A stretch of 64,000 nucleotides of DNA, taken from NCBI GenBank assembly GCA_037445735.1, contig JBBIJY010000010.1, positions 34,600 through 98,599 of the forward strand. Reading direction: 5' to 3'. Under the pieces are notes generated by a model. It was not told where the DNA came from and searched no databases. It was given only the letters and a program-made list of their open reading frames with translations. Positions 34,818 to 45,492 of this stretch are shown here, piece after piece. The position numbers were made by a program, and so were the translations under genes. The stretch is from Armatimonadota bacterium. Its GTDB lineage: Bacteria; Armatimonadota; Fimbriimonadia; Fimbriimonadales; GBS-DC. Numbering within the stretch: position 1 is the first letter of the stretch; each line of letters opens with the position of its first letter.

Positions 34818-35282
34818 CTATTGTCGGGAGCTGTGCCGGGAGGGGTGGCTTTCGGAGGGCACAGGTGGCACGATTTTGCCCAGTCGCGCCCGCTCGCGTC
34901 GCAACTCTTCAGGCGTAGCGGCTGGTATCTCGATCGCTTCCCTATCCAAACGCGACGCTGTGATGATACCGGGCACATTGATGGTGAAGAACATTACAGC
35001 GTAGAAGCTCAAATAGCCTGCCACGCCGAGACGCGCCAGCAGTTTCACCGTCTGCGGGCGGTGGCGCCGACCCCACTCAATAATCACCACGGGCGCCAGC
35101 ACCAGCACCAGCTTCGCCAGCGCGAAGGGCGCCAGCCCGTACTGCAGGTAAAAGCGCATAATCGGATTGCCTTCTTCTGCCAGCCCGCGCGTGATAAGCG
35201 CAATCGTGGTGAGCAAATCCGCCACACAGACCAGAATAATCGCCCAGCTCTCCGCACAGAGCCATTCCCGCCATCGCCGCAT
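34818..35282 (-). CDS. DUF5658-like small membrane protein
   Basis: ADLLTT..EGNPIM..FALAK pattern. Confidence 0.65.
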   Translation of the reverse strand: MRRWREWLCAESWAIILVCVADLLTTIALITRGLAEEGNPIMRFYLQYGLAPFALAKLVLVLAPVVIIEWGRRHRPQTVKLLARLGVAGYLSFYAVMFFTINVPGIITASRLDREAIEIPAATPEELRRERARLGKIVPPVPSESHPSRHSSRQ

Positions 35283-35356
35283 GGTGTCCTCCGCAGAGGG
35301 GTTATTCCATAAGGGGCGCGTTTTGTCAACAGGGTGAATGGGGTATCTTTGAGATA

Positions 35357-35629
35357 ATGCGGTGGTACATTCTGGACGAATCGGCGCGGGCGCAGGCAGG
35401 CAACTTTGTGAGGGTCGCCGTCGCGTTCAATGAGCTGGAGGCAGGCTTTCTGCGCGACTATCTGCGCGAACGACACATTCTGGCGCAGGTGTCGCCCGCC
35501 ACCCCACCCTTCGCCGTAGCCCACTTCCCGCGCGAATGCTACCTGTGGGTGCCCGCGCACCAGGTGGCAGGGGCAATCCAGTTCCTGCAGGAGCTGGACG
35601 CGCAGTGGCAGGAGGAACCCGCAGAATGA
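35357..35629 (+). CDS. DUF2007-like small protein
   Basis: NELEAGFLRDYLRERHI..LWVP..AIQFL. Confidence 0.6.
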   Translation: MRWYILDESARAQAGNFVRVAVAFNELEAGFLRDYLRERHILAQVSPATPPFAVAHFPRECYLWVPAHQVAGAIQFLQELDAQWQEEPAE

Positions 35630-35750
35630 GCAGGCGAACGCCAATCGAAAGCAGGCAATTTTCAGATTCTTTTCAGATACCCTCTTGACGAACAACGAAG
35701 CGATGCGGTATAATAAAGTGCCAATCCACTCTGTTAGAGGAGGAGCGACG

Positions 35751-37173
35751 ATGCGGACTCTGATTGTTGCTGGAGCGGTTTACTTTTGCTGGTGCGGGGT
35801 CATTCCGATGGCGCCTGCAGAGCGTTCTCAGGCAACCCCCCCTGCGCGTTACGCCCCTGACCAGATCATTGTGGGGTTAGCAGCGGACACAACCCCCCCT
35901 GACACCGCTGCTCCTGGAGGGTTTAGGGGACATCAGAGCCGAGATCGCCCCCATACAGGCGATAGTTCTCCGCCTGGAACCGTATCTCACGGTCGAAGAT
36001 GCCCTCTCCATTGTGTCCAGTTTGCCAGGGGTGCGCTATGCGGAACCAGATTATGTGGTTCATGCCGTCGCGACCCCCAACGATCCCGGTTATGGTATGC
36101 AATATGGGCTGCGTCTGGTTCAAGCCGATCGCGCCTGGGACCTCTGGAACCCGCAGCAGACCATCTATGTGGCGGTCATCGACACCGGCATAGAATATCT
36201 TCACCCGGATTTAGATAACAAATTCCGTCGGCGTGAAGATGGCTCGATCTATGGCATTCAGATTCTCGGTGGTCAGCAACTTCCGATTGCCAACGATGAT
36301 AACGGGCATGGAACCCATGTGGCGGGGATTATTGCTGCGGAGACGAACAATGGCGTTGGCGTGGCGGGGGTTGCTGGATACAGCCCGTGTCGCAGCGATG
36401 CCAGCAACTTCGTGCAACTGATGCCCGTTAAGGTGCTGACCGCGCCTGGCGTGGGCTTGACCTCGGATGTGATCGCTGGTATGATATGGGCGGTCAATAA
36501 TGGCGCCCATATTCTCAGCATGAGTCTGGGCGGCAGCGGCGGTTCACAAGCTCAACTGGATGCGGTGAACTATGCCTGGAACAATGGGCGTCTGGTGGTG
36601 GTCGCCGCCGGCAACGATGGCACCGACGCCCCCAGCTACCCGGCTTACTATTCCAACGCGATTGCGGTCGCAGCGACCGACGAAACGGACACGCTGACCT
36701 CCTTTTCCCAGTATGGCGCATGGGTGGATATTGCGGCACCCGGTGCGAACATCTATTCAACCTATATCGGGGGTCTTTATATGTCACTTGACGGGACCTC
36801 GATGGCGTGCCCGCATGTGTCGGGTGCGGCTGCGCTCCTGTGGTCGCACGCACCGCAGCTGACCAATCAGCAGGTGCGCCAGCTGCTGGAGCAAAATGTG
36901 GATCCCTATATCCCATTTTCGGGGCGACAGATTGCGCCAGGCGCAGGACGATTGAATGTGTACCGCGCGTTGTTAGCCACCGGGTTGACCTGCGCGGCGC
37001 ACAACGGCGATGTCGACTGCGACGGCTGCGTGGACGACGCCGATCTGCTCGCTGTGCTGTTTGCATTCGGCGCCAGCGGCGGGAATCTGGGGCGCACAGA
37101 TGTGAACTGCGATGGGATAGTGGACGACGCTGACCTGCTGACCGTGCTGTTTAACTTCGGCACTGGCTGTTAG
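35751..37173 (+). CDS. S8 subtilisin/thermitase-like peptidase with dockerin-like tail; frameshift in a C7 run at 35893-35899
   Basis: VAVIDTG, GHGTHVAG, GTSMACPHV; signal peptide lies in another frame and joins if the run is C6. Confidence 0.85.
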
Positions 37174-37303
37174 GTGGGTCGTCCGTGCGAGTCGCGTTTT
37201 TTGCCAAAGGAGAGGCGCGATAAAAACTCGCGGCATCAGGTATGCTTGGCGGTAATGTGCTGGCAAAACCTGCCAAATCGGAGCGCCCATGCGCAAGTGA
37301 GTG

Positions 37304-38320
37304 ATGCGCATGAATAGGCTCGTGGGCGTTGTGGGCGCAGGCTCGTGGGGCACAGCGCTCGCATGGGTGCTGGCTCAAAAGGGGCTGCCCGTTCGCCTGT
37401 GGGGACGCAGCCGCGAGCAGATAGCACAAATCCGCCGCGAGCGGGTCAATCGCCGCTATCTGCCCGATGTCCATCTGCCCGATGGCATAGAGGCGACCGC
37501 TGAGCTGAGCGAGCTGAACGAGTGTCCCTTGCTCATTCTCGCGGTGCCGTCGGGCGCGATACGCGAGATCGCCCCTCACCTACCCAACCATCAACGCCTC
37601 TGGATTATCGCCGCCAAAGGGCTGGAGCCGAACACGGGCAAACGCCTGAGCGAAGTGGTGCAGGAATCGGCAGGCATTCCGCTGCCCCAGATTGTGGTGC
37701 TGTCGGGACCGAACCTGGCAGGCGAGATCGTGCGCGGCATCCCCACCGCGACCGTCGCCGCCTCCGTCAATCCCGACGCCGCCGAGCAGGTGCAGCAACT
37801 GTTCATGGCGCCCACCCTGCGCGTATACACGAACGACGACCTGATCGGAGTGGAGCTGGGCGGCGCGCTGAAGAATGTGTACGCGATTGGCGCGGGCGTG
37901 AGCGACGGACTGGGCTTCGGCGATAACACGAAAGGCGCCCTGCTCACGCGCGGACTGACCGAGATGATGCGGCTGGGCGCGGCGATGGGCGCGTGCCCCG
38001 AAACCTTTATGGGGCTGACAGGCGTGGGCGACCTGTTCGCCACCGCCGTGAGCCGGCTCAGTCGCAACTACCGATTGGGCTACGCGATTGCGCAGGGCGC
38101 CACGCCCGACGAAGCCCTGCGCCAGCTGGGACAGGTCGCCGAAGGCTATGCCACCGCCCTCGTCGCCGAGCAGCTGGCTCACCAGCACGGCATCGAGATG
38201 CCCCTCCTGAGCGCGATTGCCAGCCTGCTACGCGGCACAGTCAGCGTGCGCGACGCGCTCCAGAGCCTCATGACCCGCCCACCCAAAGGCGAACGCGAGT
38301 TTCGGTTCATCAAAACCTGA
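37304..38320 (+). CDS. gpsA: NAD(P)H-dependent glycerol-3-phosphate dehydrogenase
   Basis: GAGSWGTALA, KGLE, LSGPNLA, ELGGALKN, GVGDL, SRN. Confidence 0.95.
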   Translation: MRMNRLVGVVGAGSWGTALAWVLAQKGLPVRLWGRSREQIAQIRRERVNRRYLPDVHLPDGIEATAELSELNECPLLILAVPSGAIREIAPHLPNHQRLWIIAAKGLEPNTGKRLSEVVQESAGIPLPQIVVLSGPNLAGEIVRGIPTATVAASVNPDAAEQVQQLFMAPTLRVYTNDDLIGVELGGALKNVYAIGAGVSDGLGFGDNTKGALLTRGLTEMMRLGAAMGACPETFMGLTGVGDLFATAVSRLSRNYRLGYAIAQGATPDEALRQLGQVAEGYATALVAEQLAHQHGIEMPLLSAIASLLRGTVSVRDALQSLMTRPPKGEREFRFIKT

Positions 38321-38324
38321 TCCT

Positions 38325-40103
38325 TCAGACCAGCGGCGTGTAGTTGCGCCATAACTCCGCTGCCACCTGCAAAAGATAAAGCTGACCAGGCAAACAGATC
38401 AGCCCAATCAGCAGGGCAATCAGCGGAAACCACGCTCCCAGACTCAACGCCAGCCAGAAAACAGCAAACCCGACGATTGCCAGAATCAGTATCGCAAAGC
38501 CCCGTATTGCACTGAAAACCGTCTCCACAGGCGTCAGATAGGGCTGCGCGGTCAGCAAATCGCCCACAAAACTTAACAAAACCACGCTGAGTGTGTATGA
38601 AACCAGCAAAGGAAGGCTGCCAAGCCACAGATACCATATCTTCGGGTAGATAAGCAGCCCCGAAACGCAAGCGGGCAGCAGAAAAGGAACGCAGATTGCT
38701 GATACCGTGAAGATTGTATAATACCGAACCTGTTGCTCCGCCGTAAAGGGTAGAGAGCGTGTTATATCAAAGTATTGATAGATTTTATACTGTCTTGTAT
38801 ATTCTATTATTGATAGTATGATGAATAAAAAAGGTATTAGTTGGCTTATAAGAACAATCGTGCTATCATCAATAGGGGAGCGAACTGCATGCTTTGCGAG
38901 AAGAGGCATGGCTGCCATTATGCCAATTAAGACTATCAGCCCAAAAACAGCCATCCAGGCGGGTGTTGTGCGGAAATTGATAATGAGATCGCGCCAGAGC
39001 AGGGCATAAACGCCTCCAGGTTGCCAGTGATCCAGCCACGCGGGCGTGCGGAAGCCCTCTGTGCCCTTCTGACGGGCTTGTTCCAGAATCTGGCGCACCG
39101 TGTGGGGGATCCCCTCTTCCGATTCGCCTGCCTTTGCGCCCGCACCCAGCTGGACACCGATGGCAATCATATCCACAATCTCTGCCGAGTGGCGTGTCAG
39201 GTATCGTGCAAGCCAGATACAGCCTGTAACCCATAGCATCAGCATGATGCCCATCGCGGGTGTCCAGCCATGGACAACCGACAGCACTGCGTCGGCAGTG
39301 GCGCGGGCAGGCAGTGAAAGAATCTGGGTCGGCAACCAGTTCAGTGCATATGCCAGTACACTGAGGCGATCCATGCCGTGCGCGATGGCGATTCGGGCGC
39401 CTGAAACGACCGCCAGTATCAGCAACCCCAGCCACAGGCAGGCAATAACCAGCATCAGCCAGCGCAGCCGCGGTCGCCGACGCAACATCAGCGCCCAGTA
39501 AAAACTGAAAAACTCAAAGAACAGCCCCTGCACATAGCGCAGTACCCAGTAGCCTATCAACAGCCATGCCCCCGACCGCAACTGTTCAATATAATCCCGA
39601 ATTAGCACAGGTATTATCTGGGATGCCATCGCAATCGCTGACACCAGATAAATCGGTATCCAGATTCCCAGCGTGATTGTAGCGCGCATCAGCAGTATAG
39701 CCCGAATCAGCCGCCACGAGTTGAGTGGTGTAGCAAACAGAAAATGCAGATCGCTCGCAGAAAACGCGCGAAGAAACTGATAGGGACGAAACCCGGTAAT
39801 GACCAGCGCGATGAGCAGGTGCAGAAAGGCGATCGCAACCAGCATGAGCTGGGAGACGAGCAATCGCTCCGGTGAAGAGATATCAACCCAGATTGCTTCC
39901 GATGGCTGGAGTGGGCGTCGGTAGAGATAATACTGGAAATAAAACCAGAGACCGCCCATCACTGCTATCAATGCAATAATGACACCCATCAACCCGATCG
40001 GGTTTTGCAGGGTGCGCTTCAGGCTGTTGAGCCACTGATGTCCCTCCAGATAGAAGGCAATCCGCCACGCCTGCAGCGTCATCCGCCCGCGCGCCACTAA
40101 CAC
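38325..40103 (-). CDS. Putative ABC exporter permease (paralog 2)
   Basis: Multi-TM; FSASDLHFLFATP; paralogous to the neighbouring gene. Confidence 0.7.
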   Translation of the reverse strand: MLVARGRMTLQAWRIAFYLEGHQWLNSLKRTLQNPIGLMGVIIALIAVMGGLWFYFQYYLYRRPLQPSEAIWVDISSPERLLVSQLMLVAIAFLHLLIALVITGFRPYQFLRAFSASDLHFLFATPLNSWRLIRAILLMRATITLGIWIPIYLVSAIAMASQIIPVLIRDYIEQLRSGAWLLIGYWVLRYVQGLFFEFFSFYWALMLRRRPRLRWLMLVIACLWLGLLILAVVSGARIAIAHGMDRLSVLAYALNWLPTQILSLPARATADAVLSVVHGWTPAMGIMLMLWVTGCIWLARYLTRHSAEIVDMIAIGVQLGAGAKAGESEEGIPHTVRQILEQARQKGTEGFRTPAWLDHWQPGGVYALLWRDLIINFRTTPAWMAVFGLIVLIGIMAAMPLLAKHAVRSPIDDSTIVLISQLIPFLFIILSIIEYTRQYKIYQYFDITRSLPFTAEQQVRYYTIFTVSAICVPFLLPACVSGLLIYPKIWYLWLGSLPLLVSYTLSVVLLSFVGDLLTAQPYLTPVETVFSAIRGFAILILAIVGFAVFWLALSLGAWFPLIALLIGLICLPGQLYLLQVAAELWRNYTPLV

Positions 40104-40110
40104 CCCTCCC

Positions 40111-41850
40111 CTAATCCACAGGGCTGAACTGTTCGTAGAGGTTGGAGTTAATGGCGACGAGAATCGCTCCCACCGAGAGATTGGCAGCCATCACAATTGG
40201 TGCCAGCAGCAGTGGCGAGAGGCGCAGCACCAGTCCCACCGTCAATATTAAGCCGCCCGGCAAGCCCGCCAGCAGAATCGCGGGGAACATCAGCAGACCT
40301 AGCAGCAGCCGCTGCGTGTAATCGTTCGGGTCAGGGTTCAACATCGCCAGCATCCACATCGCCATCATCAGCACGGGCACGAACGACACCAGCGCCAGCC
40401 CCATCCCCAGCCAGAAAACCCACGCCTGCGGGAACCAGACAATCGCCACCAGCGACACCACCAGCTGAATCAGCGCGAACATCACCGCCGTCGGCAGCGA
40501 CTCCACCAGCACCACCGCTCGCGAACTGAACGGCAACGGCTTCTGGAAGTCGACGCGCCGCAACAAATCCACAATCGCGTAGTAGCTGCCGATCGCGGTC
40601 ATAATCACAATCATGTATTGAATGCTCACATAGGTGATTTGCGCTGCCAGCAAGGGCTGCTTTTCAACGCTATAGCGGATAATGCCCAGGGGCACGGAGG
40701 GGATGGCGATGAACAGGGCGATTGCCGCGATGAGCATCCAGCCCTGCAATCGCCATGAGAGCAGGATGTCGCGCCAGAGCAGCGCCCACACGCCGCGTGG
40801 CGTCCAGCGTTCGAGCCAGCGGAGGGTGCGCACGGGGCGCTCGCGTCGGCTCATTCGCTCCAGTGCGCCCTGATACATTGCGCTCATCGGATCGCGGCGG
40901 GCGAGTCGGTAGCGTGCCCCGCGCTGCGCCATCGCTGACGCCAGCTCATAGAGCCGACCCGCGTGCGCCACAATCCGCCGATCCGCCCACACCAGCACGC
41001 CCAGCCAGAAAATCAGCCCCAGTCCGATTGCGGGCGTCCAGCCGCCATACACAATCAGCGCGGCGTCCGCCAGCGCCCGCACAGGCAACAGCAGCACATA
41101 CGCAGGCAGCCAGTTGACACCCATCAGCAGCGCCTCCGAGAGCCTGATCGAGGGCTGACCCTGCCAGAGCGTCCACGCATAGCCGACCGTTAGTCCTGCT
41201 CCCAGCAGCGCCCAGCCGATAACCCCCACCCAGAACAGCCAGCGCAGCGCCGGGCGCTCCTCCTCCATCAGCCGAACCGCCACGCCCAGCCACAGCGCCG
41301 CCAGCGACATACTCAAAAACAGCAGCGGGTAAATCAGCAGTGCCCAGCCGCTCGCCTGCGGCTCCGCCACCAGCGCCAGCTGCCTGATCGAACGCCCGCC
41401 CGACATCAGCAGGTAAATAATCAGAAAAAGCATCAGGAAAATCGTGCCAATCGCGCCGCGCATCAGCAGCACGCCCCGAAACAGGCTCAGCGCCCGCACA
41501 GGCGTCGGGAACAGAAAGTTCACATCCCCTTCCACAAAGTAGCTGAACTGCCCGCGCGAGAAGGCAGGCGCCATCGCCAGCACCACATACAGCAGGTGAA
41601 AGCCCAGCACGATGGTCAGGCTGCGCCCCATCACCGCTTCGGGGTCCAGCATCAGCTGGGGTGCACGCGGCGCCCGCACCGGCTCCAGCAACGCGCCGAC
41701 CAGCGCACCGCCCCAGCTGCACAGAATGAACCCGATCACCAGCACGGTCAGCACCGCCCGCAGGGGGTTCGCAAACGCGCGACGGAAGCTGTTAATCACC
41801 ACGCGCACCGTCAGAAACCACAGCACTCGCGCCGTGAGCCTGTCCATCAA
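40111..41850 (-). CDS. Putative ABC exporter permease (paralog 1)
   Basis: Multi-TM; FVEGDVNFLFPTP; shares NWLP..LP.RA.ADA..GWTPA and ALLWRD with paralog 2. Confidence 0.7.
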   Translation of the reverse strand: MMDRLTARVLWFLTVRVVINSFRRAFANPLRAVLTVLVIGFILCSWGGALVGALLEPVRAPRAPQLMLDPEAVMGRSLTIVLGFHLLYVVLAMAPAFSRGQFSYFVEGDVNFLFPTPVRALSLFRGVLLMRGAIGTIFLMLFLIIYLLMSGGRSIRQLALVAEPQASGWALLIYPLLFLSMSLAALWLGVAVRLMEEERPALRWLFWVGVIGWALLGAGLTVGYAWTLWQGQPSIRLSEALLMGVNWLPAYVLLLPVRALADAALIVYGGWTPAIGLGLIFWLGVLVWADRRIVAHAGRLYELASAMAQRGARYRLARRDPMSAMYQGALERMSRRERPVRTLRWLERWTPRGVWALLWRDILLSWRLQGWMLIAAIALFIAIPSVPLGIIRYSVEKQPLLAAQITYVSIQYMIVIMTAIGSYYAIVDLLRRVDFQKPLPFSSRAVVLVESLPTAVMFALIQLVVSLVAIVWFPQAWVFWLGMGLALVSFVPVLMMAMWMLAMLNPDPNDYTQRLLLGLLMFPAILLAGLPGGLILTVGLVLRLSPLLLAPIVMAANLSVGAILVAINSNLYEQFSPVD

Positions 41851-41887
41851 GTCTGCAGTTTACCCCACAGGTAGAATTAATAGCGGT

Positions 41888-42121
41888 ATGGGCACGGTCG
41901 GCAAGGCGTTGATCGGGCTGGGTGTGATGCTGATGGTGGTCGGGCTGGTGCTGGTCGCGCTGGATCGCGCGGGCATCCGCCAGTGGCGCTTGCCAGGCGA
42001 TATTGCCATCCATCGGGACGGCTTCCATTTCTACTTCCCGCTGGGCACCAGCCTGCTCATCAGCCTGATTTTGACCCTGCTGCTGAGCTTTCTGGCATGG
42101 CTGTCGGGGCGTGCCCGATAG
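41888..42121 (+). CDS. DUF2905 family membrane protein
   Basis: RLPGDI..FYFPLGTSLLISLILT; typically found next to queA. Confidence 0.88.
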   Translation: MGTVGKALIGLGVMLMVVGLVLVALDRAGIRQWRLPGDIAIHRDGFHFYFPLGTSLLISLILTLLLSFLAWLSGRAR

Positions 42122-43132
42122 ATGGCGATGGACGCAGCGCTGTTCGATTACGAGCTGCCCGAAGAGTTAATTGCACAGGAGCCGGTGGAGCCGCGCGACT
42201 CGTCGCGCCTGATGGTGGTGCATCGGGCGACAGGTCAGCTGGAGCATCGATACTTCTACGAGCTGCCCGAATATCTGCGCGAGGGCGATACGCTGGTGCT
42301 GAACGATTCGCGGGTGTCGGCGCGGCGACTGTTCGGGCGCAAGCCGACAGGCGGGCGCGTGGAACTCCTGCTGTTGCGCCCTGTCGGTGACGGACGCTGG
42401 CACGCGCTGGTGCGACCGGGCAGACGCCTGCCCGAAGGTAGCCTGATTATTCTGGATGAATCGCACACGGCTCAAATCGAAGCCCGCCTCGAGGAGGGCA
42501 TCCGACTGGTGCGATTCATCCCGCCCGCCGACGAATGGCTCCAGACGGTCGGGCAAATCCCGCTGCCGCCCTACATTCACCGCCAGCTGACCGACCCGGA
42601 GCGGTATCAGACGGTGTACGCCCGCCAGCCCGGCTCTGCCGCCGCGCCCACTGCCGGACTGCACTTCACGCCCAAACTGTTAGAGACGCTCAAAGCGCAG
42701 GGCGTGCAGATTGCCACCGTCACCCTGCATGTGAGCCTGGACACTTTTCGCCCCCTGCAGAGCGAGCGTGTGGAAGAGCATAAGATGCACGGTGAGTGGT
42801 TCACTCTTTCGCCCGAAGCCGCCGAGCGGATTAACAGCACGCGCGGGCGCATCGTCGCAGTGGGCACAACCAGCGTGCGCGTGCTGGAGAGCGCGGCGGT
42901 CGGCAAGCGACGTGTGCAACCCATGACGGGTGAGACCCGACTCTACATCACGCCCGGCTACGAGTTCAAAGTGGTGGACGCGCTGATTACCAACTTCCAC
43001 ATGCCGCGCACCACCGTGCTGGTGCTGGTGTGCGCGTTCGGCGGGCGCGAGCGAATCCTGACCGCCTATCGGGAAGCCATTCGCCAGCGCTATCGATTCC
43101 TGAGCTTTGGCGACGCGATGCTGATTCTCTGA
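42122..43132 (+). CDS. queA: S-adenosylmethionine:tRNA ribosyltransferase-isomerase
   Basis: FDYELPEELIAQ, PLPPYI, YQTVYA, AAPTAGLHFT, YRFLSFGDAM. Confidence 0.97.
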   Translation: MAMDAALFDYELPEELIAQEPVEPRDSSRLMVVHRATGQLEHRYFYELPEYLREGDTLVLNDSRVSARRLFGRKPTGGRVELLLLRPVGDGRWHALVRPGRRLPEGSLIILDESHTAQIEARLEEGIRLVRFIPPADEWLQTVGQIPLPPYIHRQLTDPERYQTVYARQPGSAAAPTAGLHFTPKLLETLKAQGVQIATVTLHVSLDTFRPLQSERVEEHKMHGEWFTLSPEAAERINSTRGRIVAVGTTSVRVLESAAVGKRRVQPMTGETRLYITPGYEFKVVDALITNFHMPRTTVLVLVCAFGGRERILTAYREAIRQRYRFLSFGDAMLIL

Positions 43133-43136
43133 GCGA

Positions 43137-44381
43137 TTATCCCTCCGCGCCGTTAGCGGGCGCCTGCAACAGCGACTCGATGGCTTTTTTGAGCCGTTCG
43201 ATGTTCGCGCCCACAATCACCTCGCGCACGACGCCCTCCTTGTCAATAATGAAGGTGGTCGGCACGCCATCCACTTTATACTGTTCCGCCACCTTATTGT
43301 CGGCGTCCACCAGCACGGGGAAGGTGAGCTTGAACTCCTTTGCGAACTCCTGGGCGCGTCTGGTCGGGTTATCGTGCGCCCAGGTGGCGACGCCCAGCAC
43401 CACCACGCCTTTGTCTTTGTACGCCTGCCAGATGTCCTTCTCCAGATGGGGCGCTTCGGCGCGGCAGGGGCCGCACCAGTGCGCGAAGATGTTCAGCACC
43501 ACCACCTTGCCTTTGTGGTCTGCGAGGCGCACGGCGTTCCCCTGCAGGTCGTTGAGCGTGAAATCGCCCGCCGGCTGACCCTTCAGCTTGCCCGCCTCGC
43601 CAGTAAGGTCGGGCACCTCAAAATTTTGCACCAGCTTGAACCCTTCGGGCAGTTTGTAGGCGAAGGCGTTCGGGTTAATCGGGGGGTTGACCGCCTGGCG
43701 CGTGATGACCTCGGTGAACCGCAGAGTGAAGCGGTTGCCTCCCTGCGAGGTGGTCATCAAAACCTCTGACTTCCAGATGAGCTGATCTCGGATGCCAATC
43801 CAGAGGGTCTGGCTCATTTGCCCGCCTGGCAAAGGCGTTTCGGAAGAGGGCTTCAGGCTGACCCTGATTTTGTAGGTCTGCCGGTTGCCCACTCGCTCCC
43901 GCCCCAGCAGTCTGGGTGAGGACGCCATCTTGCGCCAGTCGCCGTGGATCAGCAGATAGAGCGCGTCGAGCCCCATCAGCACATAGCCTGCCCCAGACAG
44001 GGTTTGCGCTTCATAGATTTCACTCAGGGTTCGGGGAGCGGGCTTGTGCATGGTCTGCTTGAGCCAGCCGTTCTCGACATAGAGGGTCTTGCCGTCGCAG
44101 CGAATCCTGCCCGCGCCCATCATCTGCTGATCCTGCATCTGCGCCTCCATGCGCAGCATGTTGGGGCGCATCGCCATCGTCAGCTGGGTCATGCGGCTGG
44201 TGGAGTTCATCTCGCCCATCGCGCCACGCGAATTCATCGAGACGGTCAGGCGGCTTTCGATGCGCAGCGAGCGCATCTTCGCGTAGGTTCGAGCCGTCTG
44301 ATCAAGAATCTGCGTTGCGCTCTGCGCAGATAGCCCCGTCAGGCTCAGCAGCAGTCCCGTCAACCATGCAACGGTTCTCAT
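43137..44381 (-). CDS. Secreted LolA-like/DUF2092 + TlpA thioredoxin fusion
   Basis: Signal peptide; C-terminal WCGPCRAEAP redoxin domain. Confidence 0.8.
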   Translation of the reverse strand: MRTVAWLTGLLLSLTGLSAQSATQILDQTARTYAKMRSLRIESRLTVSMNSRGAMGEMNSTSRMTQLTMAMRPNMLRMEAQMQDQQMMGAGRIRCDGKTLYVENGWLKQTMHKPAPRTLSEIYEAQTLSGAGYVLMGLDALYLLIHGDWRKMASSPRLLGRERVGNRQTYKIRVSLKPSSETPLPGGQMSQTLWIGIRDQLIWKSEVLMTTSQGGNRFTLRFTEVITRQAVNPPINPNAFAYKLPEGFKLVQNFEVPDLTGEAGKLKGQPAGDFTLNDLQGNAVRLADHKGKVVVLNIFAHWCGPCRAEAPHLEKDIWQAYKDKGVVVLGVATWAHDNPTRRAQEFAKEFKLTFPVLVDADNKVAEQYKVDGVPTTFIIDKEGVVREVIVGANIERLKKAIESLLQAPANGAEG

Positions 44382-44428
44382 CGTTGATCACCCCATTAAC
44401 CTTTCACCCGCAGCTGCGCGAATCCTGC

Positions 44429-45370
44429 CTATGCCACTGCCTTCCGCAGGAACAGCTCCAGTTGCGGGAAGCCGATGATGTTCGCGCCTGTTTGCTGAAG
44501 CCAGCGATCCACACAGTGGTCAGGCGGCGACATCGGGAACACCACGGCTGCCCGTTGCACGCTGAGATTGAGCAGGCTCACCGTGCGGCGGATTTGCGAG
44601 ATGTCCTCTGGCGTCAGGCTGGGTGCGCTCTTGCACTCCAGCAGCACCAGGCGGCGACCGCCGTTGTGCAGGTAGATGAGGATATCCACCTCACAGCAGC
44701 CGCCGCCAGCGCCGTTTAACTGCACATTGCGCAGCACCAGCGCCTGCCCGCTGGATAGTGTCCGCAGCACCTTCTGCACCATCCGATAGACGCCCATCTC
44801 GAACCAGCCGCCCGCCAGATAGTTGCGCGATTCGGGGCTGGCATCCACCCACGCCATAATCTGTTTCTGGGCGCGCTCATATCGGTATTGATACAAAATG
44901 CGCAGCCGATAGAGGCGTGTGCCGATGTTGGTCAGCGTGGCGATATCCTCCGGCGAGTCGTTCTGCAGAGCAGAATAGATTCGGCGTGGCTGGCTCAGCG
45001 TGGCACGCAGCTCGGCGAGGAAGGGCGCAACTATCGGATAATGCTCGCTCATGAACATGCCCAGGTGGTACATCTCTTCGTCGAGCGGACCCTGATACTG
45101 CACCTGTTGATACTGGCTCAGCTGGAGGCGGCGTGCGCCAAGCAGGTGGGTCAGCTGTGCAAGCAGCTGGGTCTCACTCAGGCGAGGCGGTGCAGGCTCG
45201 GCGGGTGCTGCAACAGCAGGCGCCGATCCCGGCTGGGGCTTTGGTTCATCGGCTGGCGCCAGTACGCGCTCCAGCAGCTGGCGAATCGCCCGCAGCTCCT
45301 CACCAATCGTTCGCAACTCCTCACGGACTCCCGTTTTAGTCCCCTTCTTCCACCATCGTTGCCAGAACAT
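44429..45370 (-). CDS. PD-(D/E)xK nuclease-like protein (DUF1887/Card1-nuclease-like C-terminus)
   Basis: YLAGGWFE...EVDIL...LLECKS. Confidence 0.6.
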   Translation of the reverse strand: MFWQRWWKKGTKTGVREELRTIGEELRAIRQLLERVLAPADEPKPQPGSAPAVAAPAEPAPPRLSETQLLAQLTHLLGARRLQLSQYQQVQYQGPLDEEMYHLGMFMSEHYPIVAPFLAELRATLSQPRRIYSALQNDSPEDIATLTNIGTRLYRLRILYQYRYERAQKQIMAWVDASPESRNYLAGGWFEMGVYRMVQKVLRTLSSGQALVLRNVQLNGAGGGCCEVDILIYLHNGGRRLVLLECKSAPSLTPEDISQIRRTVSLLNLSVQRAAVVFPMSPPDHCVDRWLQQTGANIIGFPQLELFLRKAVA

Positions 45371-45492
45371 ACTGCTTTTTATATACCTGATGGTGATGAT
45401 GAAAGTTCCCTTTGAGAGCTGCAGATAGTTGGTTGTTTCGGCATGGCGCCCCAATGCGAGTCGTACCCGAATGACCACCTCGAAGGATATGT

